Positions 1 through 10,117 of a stretch of DNA of 64,000 bases are shown here, piece by piece. The DNA is taken from positions 49,799-113,798 of the forward strand of contig JBGQEL010000003.1 in assembly GCA_041496385.1 (NCBI GenBank), written 5' to 3'. The position numbers and the translations under genes are program-made. The notes beneath the pieces were generated by a model, which searched no databases, was not told the DNA's origin, and was given only the letters and a program-made list of their open reading frames with translations. Each line of letters starts with the position of its first letter. The first letter of the stretch is position 1. Origin of the DNA: Candidatus Methylomirabilia bacterium (lineage in GTDB: Bacteria > Methylomirabilota > Methylomirabilia > Rokubacteriales > CSP1-6).

Positions 1-2
1 CC

Positions 3-1325
3 TACGTCTTCAAGCTTCGCCAGGGCATACGATGGCACCCCAAACCCCCGGTCAACGGGCGCGAGCTCACCGCCGCCGACGTCAAGTACACATTCGAGCG
101 CTTGCTGACCCTGAAGGGCAACGGCAGCCAGGCCATCCTCGAGATGGTGGACAAAGTGGAAGCACCGGACAAGTACACGGTGAAGTTCACGCTCAAAGAA
201 CCCAATGTCTGGTTCGCCGAGCGCCTGGCTTCCACCTCATCCTGGATCGTCGCCAGGGAGTGCGTGGAGAAGCACGGCGACCTCAAGAAGTGGGAGTCGG
301 TGGTCGGCACGGGTCCCTGGATGCCGGAGCGCTACGAGCCGCCCACCAAGATGAGGTTCGTCCGCAACCCGGACTACTTCCAGCGCGGCTTGCCGTACGT
401 GGAGGTAGTGGAGCTGACGGTCGACGCCGACCCGGCCTCAGCCTCTGCTGCCTTCGTGGCCGGGAAGTACGATTTCGGCCCGGAGTACGGCATGGTGCTT
501 CGCCGGAGCGACCTCAGCGTTGCGAAGAAGAAGATCGGCTGGTTCCTGCAGACTCGCGATTTGCTCATTGATTTCGGCGGCCTCGCGACCATGAAGCTCG
601 ATCAGGATCCGTTCAAGGATGTGCGGGTGCGCCGGGCCATCGCCATGGCTGACAACTGGCACGAGATGCTCGACCAGAATGTCTTGTCAAAGGGCAAGGG
701 GGCGCCCAACCCGCTCGTCCCCGCCGCTCTCAAGGAGTGGTCGGTGCCCATCGGCAAGCTGCCCCCCGAGGGGCGGAAGCTCTACGAGGCCGATCCGGCG
801 GGCGCGCGGCAGCTGCTCGCCGAGGCCGGGCACCAAGGCGGTGTCGCGATCCCCGTCGAGACCACGGCGGGCTACGGCCCCGACTGGATGGATGCCGTCA
901 ACATCGAGGTGAAAAACTGGAAGGCAGCCGGCGTCCAGGCAGACCTCAAGGTCAAGGACTACAGCGCGTTCATGTCCAGTTCACTCCTGGGGAAGTTCGA
1001 CAAGATGCTGCTGACCCAGCGCGATGGCGCCACCGACCCCGATTGGTATTTCACGCCGCTGCTGCCCGGCCATCCCCTCAACTGGTCCGGCATCAACGAC
1101 CCCAAGCTCACCGAGATGATCAAGCTTCAGCGCCGCACCGACAAGGAGAAGCAGCGCCGGGAGATCGTCTTCGACATCCAGCGCTATTTCTCCCAGCAGG
1201 TCTACTCCACCTTCGGCGCCTCGGTGAGCGCCGTGGCGGCGTGGCAGCCGGAGGTGAGGGACTTCGGGCCGAACATCGGGCCCGACTACGGCGGGCGGCT
1301 CATGGCCGCCTGGCTGGACAAGTAG
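3..1325 (+). CDS. ABC transporter substrate-binding protein, family 5 (DppA/OppA/NikA-like), 5'-truncated by window
   Basis: Frame open from position 3 (YVFKLRQGIRWH...ELTAADVKYTFERL); VGTGPW, RNPDYF and PFKDVRVRRAIAMA motifs. Confidence 0.9.
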   Translation, partial: YVFKLRQGIRWHPKPPVNGRELTAADVKYTFERLLTLKGNGSQAILEMVDKVEAPDKYTVKFTLKEPNVWFAERLASTSSWIVARECVEKHGDLKKWESVVGTGPWMPERYEPPTKMRFVRNPDYFQRGLPYVEVVELTVDADPASASAAFVAGKYDFGPEYGMVLRRSDLSVAKKKIGWFLQTRDLLIDFGGLATMKLDQDPFKDVRVRRAIAMADNWHEMLDQNVLSKGKGAPNPLVPAALKEWSVPIGKLPPEGRKLYEADPAGARQLLAEAGHQGGVAIPVETTAGYGPDWMDAVNIEVKNWKAAGVQADLKVKDYSAFMSSSLLGKFDKMLLTQRDGATDPDWYFTPLLPGHPLNWSGINDPKLTEMIKLQRRTDKEKQRREIVFDIQRYFSQQVYSTFGASVSAVAAWQPEVRDFGPNIGPDYGGRLMAAWLDK

Positions 1326-1327
1326 AA

Positions 1328-2452
1328 ACGCGTACGCCGGCGCTCCTGCTCGTCCTCCTCCTGGTCCCCCTCACCGGGACCACTGCCTGGGCCCACGATG
1401 AGCGGTTCTCTGCCTCGAACGTGGAGGTAAGGCAGAAAGAGGTTCTCTGGAGGGTGGACGTGCCGATCGGGGGTCTCACGAAGGTCGTGAAGCTCCCCGA
1501 CGATTTGGCCAAGCTCACCGAAGCCCAGCTCCAGGAGGCGAGTGGCGACATCGTCGCCTACCTGCTCGAGACTCTGAGGGTCGAGATCAACGGCAACTCC
1601 GTGGAAGCCGAGCCCGGAGCGCTGCAGGCGGTCTACGACACCGCCGTGGGGTCCGGAGAGAAATACATCGGCTACGCACGACAGGAGTTGCGGTTCCGTT
1701 CGGCCGCCGAGGTGAAGCAGGTCAAGCTCTCGGCGGCGCTCTTCTTGACCCTCACCAAGAACCACCACACGGCGCTCACCGTGTCGTGGAACGGGGTCCA
1801 GAAACCCTTCTCCCGGTTCGGCCCGTTCGAGCTCGAGCTGACCCCTTCGCGCCTCAACCCGACGTTCTGGAGCACCGCCGGGGAGTTCCTCGTCTGGGGG
1901 ATGTACCACATTTTCATCGGGTACGATCACATCGCGTTCCTTCTGGCGCTGCTCCTGGTGGCGCGCAAGCTGCGCGAGATGCTGAAAGTGGTGACGTCGT
2001 TCACCGTGGCCCACAGTCTCACGCTGCTGCTGTCGGCGCTGGACGTGATCCGCCTTCCCACGCAGGTGACGGAGTCGCTGATCGCGGCGTCGATCGTCTA
2101 CGTGGCCGCGGAGAACTACTTCATCAAGGCGGGCCGTTATCGGTGGGTCCTCACGTTCGGGTTCGGTCTGGTTCACGGGCTGGGCTTCGCCAGCGTGCTG
2201 CGCGAGCGGCTGCAGGACATGCAGAGCATCATCGTGCCTGTCGTGTCGTTCAACCTCGGCGTGGAGCTGGGCCAGATCACGATCCTGCTCGTCGCGCTCC
2301 CCGTGCTGGTCTGGATCCGCAAGGCGCCCGACGAGGCGGCGGTCGAGCGGCGTCAGCGTATGCTGGTCCGGGTGGGCTCGATGCCTATCTTACTATTGGG
2401 CTTGTTTTGGCTCATCGACCGCGTCTTCCGGCTCAATCTCATGCCCTTCTAA
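1328..2452 (+). CDS. HupE/UreJ-family membrane protein with N-terminal periplasmic domain; start uncertain
   Basis: Signal peptide ending AWA-H; HIFIGYDHIAFL, FTVAHSLTL, FGLVHGLGFA and FNLGVELGQ motifs; real coding part is the 3' portion of ORF 737..2452. Confidence 0.85.
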   Translation, partial: TRTPALLLVLLLVPLTGTTAWAHDERFSASNVEVRQKEVLWRVDVPIGGLTKVVKLPDDLAKLTEAQLQEASGDIVAYLLETLRVEINGNSVEAEPGALQAVYDTAVGSGEKYIGYARQELRFRSAAEVKQVKLSAALFLTLTKNHHTALTVSWNGVQKPFSRFGPFELELTPSRLNPTFWSTAGEFLVWGMYHIFIGYDHIAFLLALLLVARKLREMLKVVTSFTVAHSLTLLLSALDVIRLPTQVTESLIAASIVYVAAENYFIKAGRYRWVLTFGFGLVHGLGFASVLRERLQDMQSIIVPVVSFNLGVELGQITILLVALPVLVWIRKAPDEAAVERRQRMLVRVGSMPILLLGLFWLIDRVFRLNLMPF

Positions 2453-2725
2453 GGGCCGCTCCCGAAGCCATACGGCGCGAAGGGAGTCACGCGAAGCAAT
2501 TAGATGGCCCGTGACGCCGACTCTCTTTCGGCAGATTCTCGGGCGCATCGAGCGACTCGCGTGGTCCCCGGCCTGAGCAGGGTCTCACACAGGGAGCGTG
2601 CAGAATTATGTACGTCGGCAGCCACAGGCGAGGGCGGCGGTGCCTCGCTCGCGCACGCCCGGTGAGCGCCACCTCCCGGCCGTCCGCTGGCGAAACGGGC
2701 TCATAGCAAGGAGGGCGCCCAGACC

Positions 2726-5632
2726 ATGTCTCGCGCGAAGCGCCGCCGCCAGAGGACGACCGCCGTCGCGCGGACGCCGGTAGGGGACAACCGGTGGCGG
2801 AGGCTTCTCCTCCTTCTGTTCGCGCTGTCCGGCGTGAGCGGCCTGATCTACCAGGTCATCTGGGCCCGCCAGCTCACCCTCGTCTTCGGCTCGACCAGCG
2901 CGGCGATCACCAGCGTGCTCGCCGCGTTCATGCTCGGCCTCGCCCTCGGCAGCCACGCTGCCGGGCGCTGGGCTCGTCGGTGGGGCAACCCGCTGCGTGC
3001 GTACGGTCTCATCGAGCTCGGGATCGCCGCCTATGCGGCAGCGTTCCCGTTGTTCCTCGAGGTCCTCGCCCTTGTTCACATCCCTCTCTTTCGGCTTTTC
3101 GCGGAGGCCCCGATCGCGCTGGGCCTGGTCCGTGTCATCCTCGTCGCCGGACTCCTGCTCGCGCCCACCATGTTGATGGGCGCCTCGCTCCCGCTGTTGA
3201 CCCGCGCCCTGGTGCGCGATGTCTCCCGCTTGGGGCGAGAGGCCGGCACGCTGTACGGGTTCAACGCGCTCGGCGCAGCAGCCGGCGTCTATCTCGCGAC
3301 GTTCTTCCTCATTCCGAACGTGGGGCTCACTGGAGGATGGCTCTCGGCCGCGGCGCTCAACGCAGCGGTTGGCGGCGCGGCCCTGTGGGGGGCTCGGCGG
3401 TGGCAGCCCATCCCCGACGTCCCCGACAACGCCGATGCTTCACTCGACACGCCCTGGCAATGGACAGTGATCATCGCCTACGGGTGCTCGGGGCTCGCCG
3501 CGCTGGGGTACGAGGTCGTCTGGACCCGACTTCTTGTCCTTCTCTTCGGCAGCTCGGTGTACGCCTTTGCGGTGATGCTCGCGGGGTTCCTCCTGGGTCT
3601 GGGGCTCGGCGGCCTGGTAGGGGGCTGGCTCGCCGGGCGAGGACGACACCCCGTCGTCCTCGCTGCCGCGCTGCAGGTGATTATCGGCGCCACCGTTCTC
3701 GCGGGCGCGCCCTGGTTCGACCGGCTCCCCAGGCTCTTCCTCGAAGCCTTCCGGGTGACGGGAGGCACCTGGTGGGCGCTGACGACCCTCGAGTTCCTGA
3801 TGGCCCTCGGACTGATGATCATTCCTACGACCGCCATGGGCGCGACGTTCCCCTTCGTAGCGCGAATTCTCGGGGCGGAGCACGGGGCGGCGCGCGCGGT
3901 TGGCGACGCCTACGCGGCCAACACGTACGGCGCCATCGTTGGAGCGGCGGCGACCGGCTTCGCGTTGATTCCATGGCTCGGCTTCCGCGGCAGCCTCGTA
4001 GCGCTCGCCTGCCTCAACACGCTGGCCGCATGCCTGCTGCTCGTGAGAGCGACGTCACCGGGCGGCTGGCTGCGCTGGGTGCTCCCGCTGCCCGCAGTGG
4101 CTCTCGCGGCGGTCGTCTCGGCGCTGCCGCCGTGGAGCGCGAAGACGATGGCCAGCGGCGTGTACGTCTACGCCGACCGGTACAGCGCCGGGGGGTTCGA
4201 GCGGCTGCTGGACCCGCAGCGTGTTCTCTTCTACCGGGAGGGCATGACCGCTACCGTCGCTGTGATGGAGGGCCGGTATCGCTTCCTCCGCGTCAACGGC
4301 AAGACCGACGCAGGTGACTCGCCTGATAACCTCACGCAGCACCTGCTCGCCCACGTTCCGCTACTCCTCCATCCCGAGCCGCGATCCGTCCTCGTCGTCG
4401 GACTGGGGACTGGCATTACGCTCGGAACGACTCTCTTGTATCCGATCGACCGGGCCGATACGGTGGAGATCTCCCCCGAGGTGGTGGAGGCGTCACGCTT
4501 CTTCGTAGAGGCCAACGGCGCGGCGCTGCAGGACCGGCGAACGCGCCTTCACCTCCTCGACGCGCGCACGTGGCTCATGGCCGGCACCACGAAGTACGAC
4601 GTGATCATCTCGGAGCCGTCCAACCCCTGGCAGACCGGCAACGCCACACTGTTCACGCTCGAGCACTACCGCCTGACCCGGGCGAGGCTGGCGCCCGGAG
4701 GCGTCTTCTGCCAATGGCTACCGTTCTATCGGATGGACGAGGCCGACTTCGCGGCGGCAATGCGGACATTCCAGACGGTGTTTCCCGACCTGACCGTGTG
4801 GTTCTCCGGTGGCGATGTCCTCCTGGTCGGCTGGACCCGCCCGCCCGCCGTGGACACTCCGAGGTTCCTGGCGCGATCGGCGGATGCCCGGATCACGCGG
4901 AGCCTTCAGGAGACCGGCATACGCGACGGTCCGGCGCTCCTCGGGTTCTTCATGCTGGATCCCGAACGGGTCCGGGAGTTCGCCGGCGTGGGATGGCCGT
5001 TGCACACGGACAACTATCCGCTGCTGGAGTTCTCGGCTCCGAAAACCCTCTACCGCGAGTCTGCGCCTCAGATTCTGAGCCGGCTCCGCCTTCTCGCGGG
5101 CCGCTCCAGCCTCCCGTTGACGGGCGTCCAGGGGCGCGAGCGTGCGTCGATGCTCGAGGCCATCGCCCGCCAGAAGCTTCTCCTGAAGATGCCCGAAGCG
5201 GCGATCACGGCCCTGGAGGAGGCCGAGCGGACCGGGGGCGGGGACCCCTCCGTCCTCCGTCAACTCCAGGGGTTCGCATGGAATGAAGTCGGGATCGCGC
5301 GCGCGCGCGAGGGGAATCGCCACGACGCGGCGGCGGCGTTCGATCGGGCCCTGCTGCGCGTTCCGGACGATCCGCAGATTCACCGCAACCTCGGGCTCCT
5401 CGCGTTGCAGTTCCGGGAGTTCGACCGCGCCGAGCCGCATCTCCGTGACGCGCTACGATTGCGTCCGGGTTACCGCGACGCCCTCGTACCGCTGGCGGCG
5501 CTCCTCGCGACGCAGGAACGCTGGGTGGAGGCGGAGGCGTTGTGGCGCAACATCCTCGAGATCGATCCGGACAACGGTGACGCGCGACGCGGCTTGGCGG
5601 CCGCGGAGCTCGCGCGGACGGGGCGACGTTGA
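2726..5632 (+). CDS. Fused MFS-like membrane domain / spermidine synthase-like SAM-dependent domain / C-terminal TPR
   Basis: Duplicated SG..ALxYEVVW TM block, VGLGTG SAM motif, DVIISEPSNPW, TPR-like C-terminus; AAGGAGG RBS. Confidence 0.88.
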   Translation: MSRAKRRRQRTTAVARTPVGDNRWRRLLLLLFALSGVSGLIYQVIWARQLTLVFGSTSAAITSVLAAFMLGLALGSHAAGRWARRWGNPLRAYGLIELGIAAYAAAFPLFLEVLALVHIPLFRLFAEAPIALGLVRVILVAGLLLAPTMLMGASLPLLTRALVRDVSRLGREAGTLYGFNALGAAAGVYLATFFLIPNVGLTGGWLSAAALNAAVGGAALWGARRWQPIPDVPDNADASLDTPWQWTVIIAYGCSGLAALGYEVVWTRLLVLLFGSSVYAFAVMLAGFLLGLGLGGLVGGWLAGRGRHPVVLAAALQVIIGATVLAGAPWFDRLPRLFLEAFRVTGGTWWALTTLEFLMALGLMIIPTTAMGATFPFVARILGAEHGAARAVGDAYAANTYGAIVGAAATGFALIPWLGFRGSLVALACLNTLAACLLLVRATSPGGWLRWVLPLPAVALAAVVSALPPWSAKTMASGVYVYADRYSAGGFERLLDPQRVLFYREGMTATVAVMEGRYRFLRVNGKTDAGDSPDNLTQHLLAHVPLLLHPEPRSVLVVGLGTGITLGTTLLYPIDRADTVEISPEVVEASRFFVEANGAALQDRRTRLHLLDARTWLMAGTTKYDVIISEPSNPWQTGNATLFTLEHYRLTRARLAPGGVFCQWLPFYRMDEADFAAAMRTFQTVFPDLTVWFSGGDVLLVGWTRPPAVDTPRFLARSADARITRSLQETGIRDGPALLGFFMLDPERVREFAGVGWPLHTDNYPLLEFSAPKTLYRESAPQILSRLRLLAGRSSLPLTGVQGRERASMLEAIARQKLLLKMPEAAITALEEAERTGGGDPSVLRQLQGFAWNEVGIARAREGNRHDAAAAFDRALLRVPDDPQIHRNLGLLALQFREFDRAEPHLRDALRLRPGYRDALVPLAALLATQERWVEAEALWRNILEIDPDNGDARRGLAAAELARTGRR

Positions 5633-5689
5633 CAGAGGGAAGCCCGCCCGAGCATGCCCTAGCTCAAGTCGATCGCAAATGTCAGGGCG

Positions 5690-5895
5690 CTGCGCCACGA
5701 TGATCTGGGCTTCCGCGTCCACCGTAGTCTGCGTGTTGTAGCCCTGGATGAAGCTGTCCGACGTCTTCTGGATCTTCGACTCCGGATCCGTGAAGTTGCG
5801 CTGAGCCTTGTCCGGAGGCTGCGCGTCGTCGGGATCCTTTCCCGCGGCCGTCGCCTCGGCGCGCGCCTCCGCCCCCAGCGCGGCCCGGACCTCGT
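5690..5895 (-). pseudogene. IS1182-family transposase internal fragment
   Basis: Minus strand reads EVRAALGAEARAEA...PPDKAQRNFTDPESKIQKTSDSFIQGYNTQTTVDAEAQIIVA, the NFTDPES / GYNxQxxVD signature; no start or flanking domains. Confidence 0.8.
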
Positions 5896-6184
5896 ATACC
5901 GAAGAGCGGGGCTATCCGCCCTACCGCCCGAGGGTCACGGCGCACCGAAGGTTTCAAACCGAAGGGGCCTCTTCCGCCTCAAGGCGCTGTGACACGACTG
6001 ACCGAGAACTGGCCGATAGCGAGGGCGGCGAGGGGCCTGGAAACAACCTCCTTCGTTACCCCAACGGCTCTGAGCGCCCATGATGATGGGCGGCGATCTC
6101 GGTCGCCGTGACTTCCCACTGGCGCGGGTGCGAGCAATGCCGATAAGCTGGGGCGTGCAATCGAGTTTGCCGCGGGAGGTCGTG

Positions 6185-7444
6185 ATGCCGCTCTTTGGGC
6201 AGTGCTTCCTGAGTGATGTGCTGAAGAAGCCCGTCCTGGATCCACGAGGCGACGTCGCGGGGCGCCTCAAGGACGTCCTCGTCGTGAAGGGCGAACCCTT
6301 GGCCAAGGTGGCGGCGATCCTCGTCACGAGGAACCGCCGAAGCTTTCTCGTCCCCTGGCGCGACGTCGAGATGTTCAACCGCCGCATTCTCTCGATTCGC
6401 TGCGAGGCTGAATCCATCCAGTCCTACCAGCTGGCGGACGAGGACTTACTCGCCGTGCGGGACATCCTTGACAAGCAGATCGTCGATGCGAATGGAGCGA
6501 AGGTTGTACGGGTCAACGACATCCGCCTCGAGGGCTACAACGGAGAGGCTGTATTGACGGCGGCCGACGTCGGAGTGCGCGGCTTGCTTCGACGGTTAGG
6601 GGTCGAACGCCAGAGTGAACGGTTCTTCGGTCTTCTGAAGGTGCAGCTGCCCCTCACACTCATCAGTTGGCAGTACATCCAGGCGTTGAGCCCGAAGCTC
6701 AAGACCCTGGCGCTCACCGTTCCGCGGCAGATGGTGGCGGCTCTTCATCCCGCTGACCTGGCGGAGATCCTGAGTCAGGTCTCACGCGACGAGGGACGCT
6801 CTCTGCTGACGGAGCTCGACGTCAAAACCGCGGCAGGGGCGCTCTCCGAGCTCGAGTCCGAGGAGCAGGTTCAGCTGATTGCCGAGATCGATGCCCAGAA
6901 GGCAGCGGACATCATCGAGGAGATGCCTCCGGACGAAGCCTCCGACGTCCTGGGCGACCTCCCCGCAGACAAGGCCAAGGAGATTCTCGATCGGATCGAA
7001 GTCAAGGAGTCGGAGGACATCCAGGAATTGCTCGGCTACGAGGAGGACAGCGCGGGCGGACTCATGACCACCGAGTTCATCGCCTACCCGTCGACCCTGA
7101 CGGCCGGAGAGGCGATTCAGCGGTTCAAGGAACGCGCTGGTCGCGACGAGCCCATGTATCAGGTCTACGCGATCGGAGCCGACGACAAGTTCGTCGGTGT
7201 CGTGGCCCTTCGGAGCCTTCTCATCGCAGAAAGCACGGAGCCCCTCCACACGCTCGTCGAAGCGCGGCAGCGGACGGTGCCGCCGGATATCGATGGACGG
7301 CACATCGCCACGCTCATGTCGAAGTACAACCTCATCGCGCTGCCCGTCGTCGGTGCCGACGGCCGCCTCCTCGGCGTCGTGACCATCGACGACGTCATCG
7401 ATCGCCTCCTTCCGGCGGCGGTCCGGAAGAAGCGGAAGGCCTAG
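6185..7444 (+). CDS. Soluble PRC-barrel / MgtE N-terminal / CBS-pair protein
   Basis: LDKQIVDANGAKVVRVNDI, LHPADLAEIL, YEEDSAGGLMTTE, CBS pair; no TM domain; GGGAGG RBS. Confidence 0.88.
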   Translation: MPLFGQCFLSDVLKKPVLDPRGDVAGRLKDVLVVKGEPLAKVAAILVTRNRRSFLVPWRDVEMFNRRILSIRCEAESIQSYQLADEDLLAVRDILDKQIVDANGAKVVRVNDIRLEGYNGEAVLTAADVGVRGLLRRLGVERQSERFFGLLKVQLPLTLISWQYIQALSPKLKTLALTVPRQMVAALHPADLAEILSQVSRDEGRSLLTELDVKTAAGALSELESEEQVQLIAEIDAQKAADIIEEMPPDEASDVLGDLPADKAKEILDRIEVKESEDIQELLGYEEDSAGGLMTTEFIAYPSTLTAGEAIQRFKERAGRDEPMYQVYAIGADDKFVGVVALRSLLIAESTEPLHTLVEARQRTVPPDIDGRHIATLMSKYNLIALPVVGADGRLLGVVTIDDVIDRLLPAAVRKKRKA

Positions 7445-8683
7445 ATGCTTCGTAGCCCACGCCGCCTCTGGTCCCGCCTCGTCTTGCTCGGATCAATCAT
7501 CGGTCCCGGGATCATCACGGCGAACATCGACAACGATGCCGGCGGAATTGCGACCTATTCCATTGCTGGGGCCCACTTTGGGTACGCGCTGCTCTGGACA
7601 ATGGTCCCAGCGACGGTAGTGCTCATCGTGGTACAGGAAATGGCGTCGCGGATGGGCGTCGTCACCGGGAAGGGCCTGGCTGCCCTGATCCGCGAACGCT
7701 TCGGCGTTCTTGTCACGTTCTGGCTCATGGTTGCGTTGCTTGTGACGGATCTCGGCAATACGACGGCGGAGTTCGCGGGCTGGGCGGCCAGCATGGAGCT
7801 CTTTGGGGTCTCGAAATACATCTCGGTTCCGTTGGGCGCGCTCTTCATCTGGCTCCTGGTCGTCAAGGGAACCTATCGCGTGTTCGAACGGATCTTCCTC
7901 GGGATTTGTCTTGTGTACCTCACGTATGTCGTCGCCGCCGTGATGGCGAAGCCGGACTGGGTGGACGTCGCGAAGCACACGCTTCGGCCCACGCTCCGGT
8001 TCGATGCGGCGTATCTCTCCATGACGATCGGCCTCGTAGGCACGACCATCGCCCCCTGGATGCAGTTCTACCTGCAATCGGCGATTGTGGAGAAGGGGGT
8101 ACGGCCGGATCAGTACTGGGGCGTACGCGTCGACGTCATTGTGGGCTCGTTCATGACCGACATCGTCGCCCTGTTCATCATGGTGGCATGTGGGGCTACG
8201 CTGTTTCACGCTGGTATCCACGTGGACAGCGCGGAGCAGGCGGCGCAGGCGTTGACGCCCCTGGCCGGACGATACGCCTCTCTGCTCTTCGCCGCGGGGC
8301 TGGCCAACGCCTCCCTGTTTTCGGCATGCATCCTGCCGCTGGCTACCGCCTACTACATCTGTGAAGCCATGGGCTGGGAGGCCGGGGTGGACAAAACCTT
8401 GCGCGAGGCGCCGCAGTTCATAGGTCTCTACACGGGGTTCATCGTCGTCGGCGCAATGATCGTGATGATCCCCCGTGTGCCGCTGATCCCCATCATGTGG
8501 ATTACGCAAGTCATCAACGGCATCATGCTCCCGTTCGTGCTGCTACTCATGCTGAAGCTCGTCAATGACGAAACCCTCATGAAGGGGTGGACGAACTCCC
8601 GGTTCCAAAACACCGTGGCATGGGTGACCACGTGGGTGATGATCGCTTTAACGGTGGGGCTCCTCGTGTCCTCAGTTGCGTGA
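7445..8683 (+). CDS. NRAMP-family divalent cation transporter (Mg2+-type NrmT-like clade)
   Basis: GPGIITANIDNDAGGIATYS and GTTIAPWMQF motifs instead of MntH DPGN/MPH; abuts the MgtE-N/CBS gene. Confidence 0.88.
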   Translation: MLRSPRRLWSRLVLLGSIIGPGIITANIDNDAGGIATYSIAGAHFGYALLWTMVPATVVLIVVQEMASRMGVVTGKGLAALIRERFGVLVTFWLMVALLVTDLGNTTAEFAGWAASMELFGVSKYISVPLGALFIWLLVVKGTYRVFERIFLGICLVYLTYVVAAVMAKPDWVDVAKHTLRPTLRFDAAYLSMTIGLVGTTIAPWMQFYLQSAIVEKGVRPDQYWGVRVDVIVGSFMTDIVALFIMVACGATLFHAGIHVDSAEQAAQALTPLAGRYASLLFAAGLANASLFSACILPLATAYYICEAMGWEAGVDKTLREAPQFIGLYTGFIVVGAMIVMIPRVPLIPIMWITQVINGIMLPFVLLLMLKLVNDETLMKGWTNSRFQNTVAWVTTWVMIALTVGLLVSSVA

Positions 8684-8686
8684 GCC

Positions 8687-10036
8687 GTGGGCCTCGCGAT
8701 GAATGCCGCTGAGCCGTTCGTCCGGCGACTGAGTCACCTGCTCGAAGCGGGCCGGGAGGGACGAATCCTCCAAGTGCTACAAGACGTCCATGCGCTCGAT
8801 ATCGCGCAGGCGCTGAGCGAAATGTCGCGACCCGAGCAGGTGAAGCTGTTCCAGTTGTTGGATCGCGTACGGGCGGCGGAGGTGCTTCAACGCCTCGATG
8901 AGTACACGCTGCGCGAGCTGCTGCCCCGGCTCGATTACGAGAGGCTCGCGACCGTCCTGGATCTCGTGCCAATCCATCGGGCGGTGGCACTGATCACGAG
9001 GCTTCGACCGGAGGAGACTACGAGGATCACGCGTCTGTTGCCCGATGACCGCGCGAACGAGGTCGGAAGACTCCTGCGCTACAAGGAGGGGACCGCGGCT
9101 CGGCTGATGTCGCCGTCAGTTGCCGCGATGCCCGAAACCGCGACGGTCGCCGAGGCACTCGCGAGGATCCGGGCCGGCGGGGGCTGTGAGGCTGCCCCAA
9201 TGGTGTACGTGGTGGATGGACACAAGCACCTGGTCAATGTCGTGCCGATCGGGACACTGCTCGTCGCCGCGCCCGAGAGGCCTTTGTCGTCACTCGAACA
9301 CCAACCTGTCATCAGCGTGACCCTGGACACTGCCGAGGACGAGGTCGCGCACGTAGTCAGAAGGTATGGTCTCTGGTCGGTCCCCGTACTCGATGAGCAA
9401 TGGCGATTCGCGGGCAGCATCTCGATTCACGACATCATTCCGGCGATCCAGCGCGCGGCGGCCGATGACCGGCACCAGCAGGGGCGCGCAGAGACGGCTC
9501 TCGACCGTCCCGGCGCCGCGTTCGTGCGGCGTCTCGGCTGGCGCCTGGCGAACCTCGCGGCCGCGGTGATCGTGGCGACAGCGGTAGGGCTGTTTGAAAC
9601 TTCCATTCAGATGCTGGCAGTTCTGGCCGTGCTGATGCCGATCGTCGCTTCAATGGGCCGAGAGCGTACACTTCAGACAATGAGTCTTTTCCCGTATGCG
9701 CTCGATATTCGACACGTGAGTGCACGTCATATCGGACAGGTCCTGAGAAGGGAATGCGAGTTAAGTCTCGCGACTGGGCTCCCCACGGCGTTGACCAGCG
9801 TGGTGATCGCCTACGTCTTGGAGCGACAGATGCTCCTGAGCCTGATCCTTGGCGCTGCCGTCCTCCTGACGATGCTCGTGGCGTCTGTGGTCGCTGTCCT
9901 CGTTCCGTTGACGCTCAGCGTATTGAAGATCTCGGCGAGAGGGGCGGCGGCAGTCATCGCGACGACAATTACGGACTTTTTCGGCTTCTTTTGCTTCCTC
10001 GGGCTGGCGACAGTGTTGCTCCGGTATTTGGTCTAA
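8687..10036 (+). CDS. mgtE: MgtE-like magnesium transporter, divergent
   Basis: N-domain + CBS pair + 5 TM; MPIVASMG and TTITDFFGF motifs, but GGN motif altered. Confidence 0.75.
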   Translation: MGLAMNAAEPFVRRLSHLLEAGREGRILQVLQDVHALDIAQALSEMSRPEQVKLFQLLDRVRAAEVLQRLDEYTLRELLPRLDYERLATVLDLVPIHRAVALITRLRPEETTRITRLLPDDRANEVGRLLRYKEGTAARLMSPSVAAMPETATVAEALARIRAGGGCEAAPMVYVVDGHKHLVNVVPIGTLLVAAPERPLSSLEHQPVISVTLDTAEDEVAHVVRRYGLWSVPVLDEQWRFAGSISIHDIIPAIQRAAADDRHQQGRAETALDRPGAAFVRRLGWRLANLAAAVIVATAVGLFETSIQMLAVLAVLMPIVASMGRERTLQTMSLFPYALDIRHVSARHIGQVLRRECELSLATGLPTALTSVVIAYVLERQMLLSLILGAAVLLTMLVASVVAVLVPLTLSVLKISARGAAAVIATTITDFFGFFCFLGLATVLLRYLV

Positions 10037-10069
10037 GCGCGGCCAAAAACGTATGTTGCCGGACGATAC

Positions 10070-10098
10070 CTGAAGGAGCCCTGAAGGAGCGCTGAAGG
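10070..10098. repeat. Three CTGAAGG direct repeats with 11-bp period (OmpR-type binding array candidate)
   Basis: CTGAAGG at 10070, 10081, 10092. Confidence 0.6.
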
Positions 10099-10117
10099 CT
10101 GAGCGAAGCTGGCGAGA

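Noticed and set aside
2560..2720. NiCo riboswitch (CTGAGCAGG)
   Set aside because: The 3' conserved GTGGGACAG element and four-way junction are not evident.
5900..6180. M-box or glycine riboswitch upstream of the Mg operon
   Set aside because: Only short matches (CTTCGTTA, CCGAAGG); conserved cores not found by eye. An Rfam scan would be needed.
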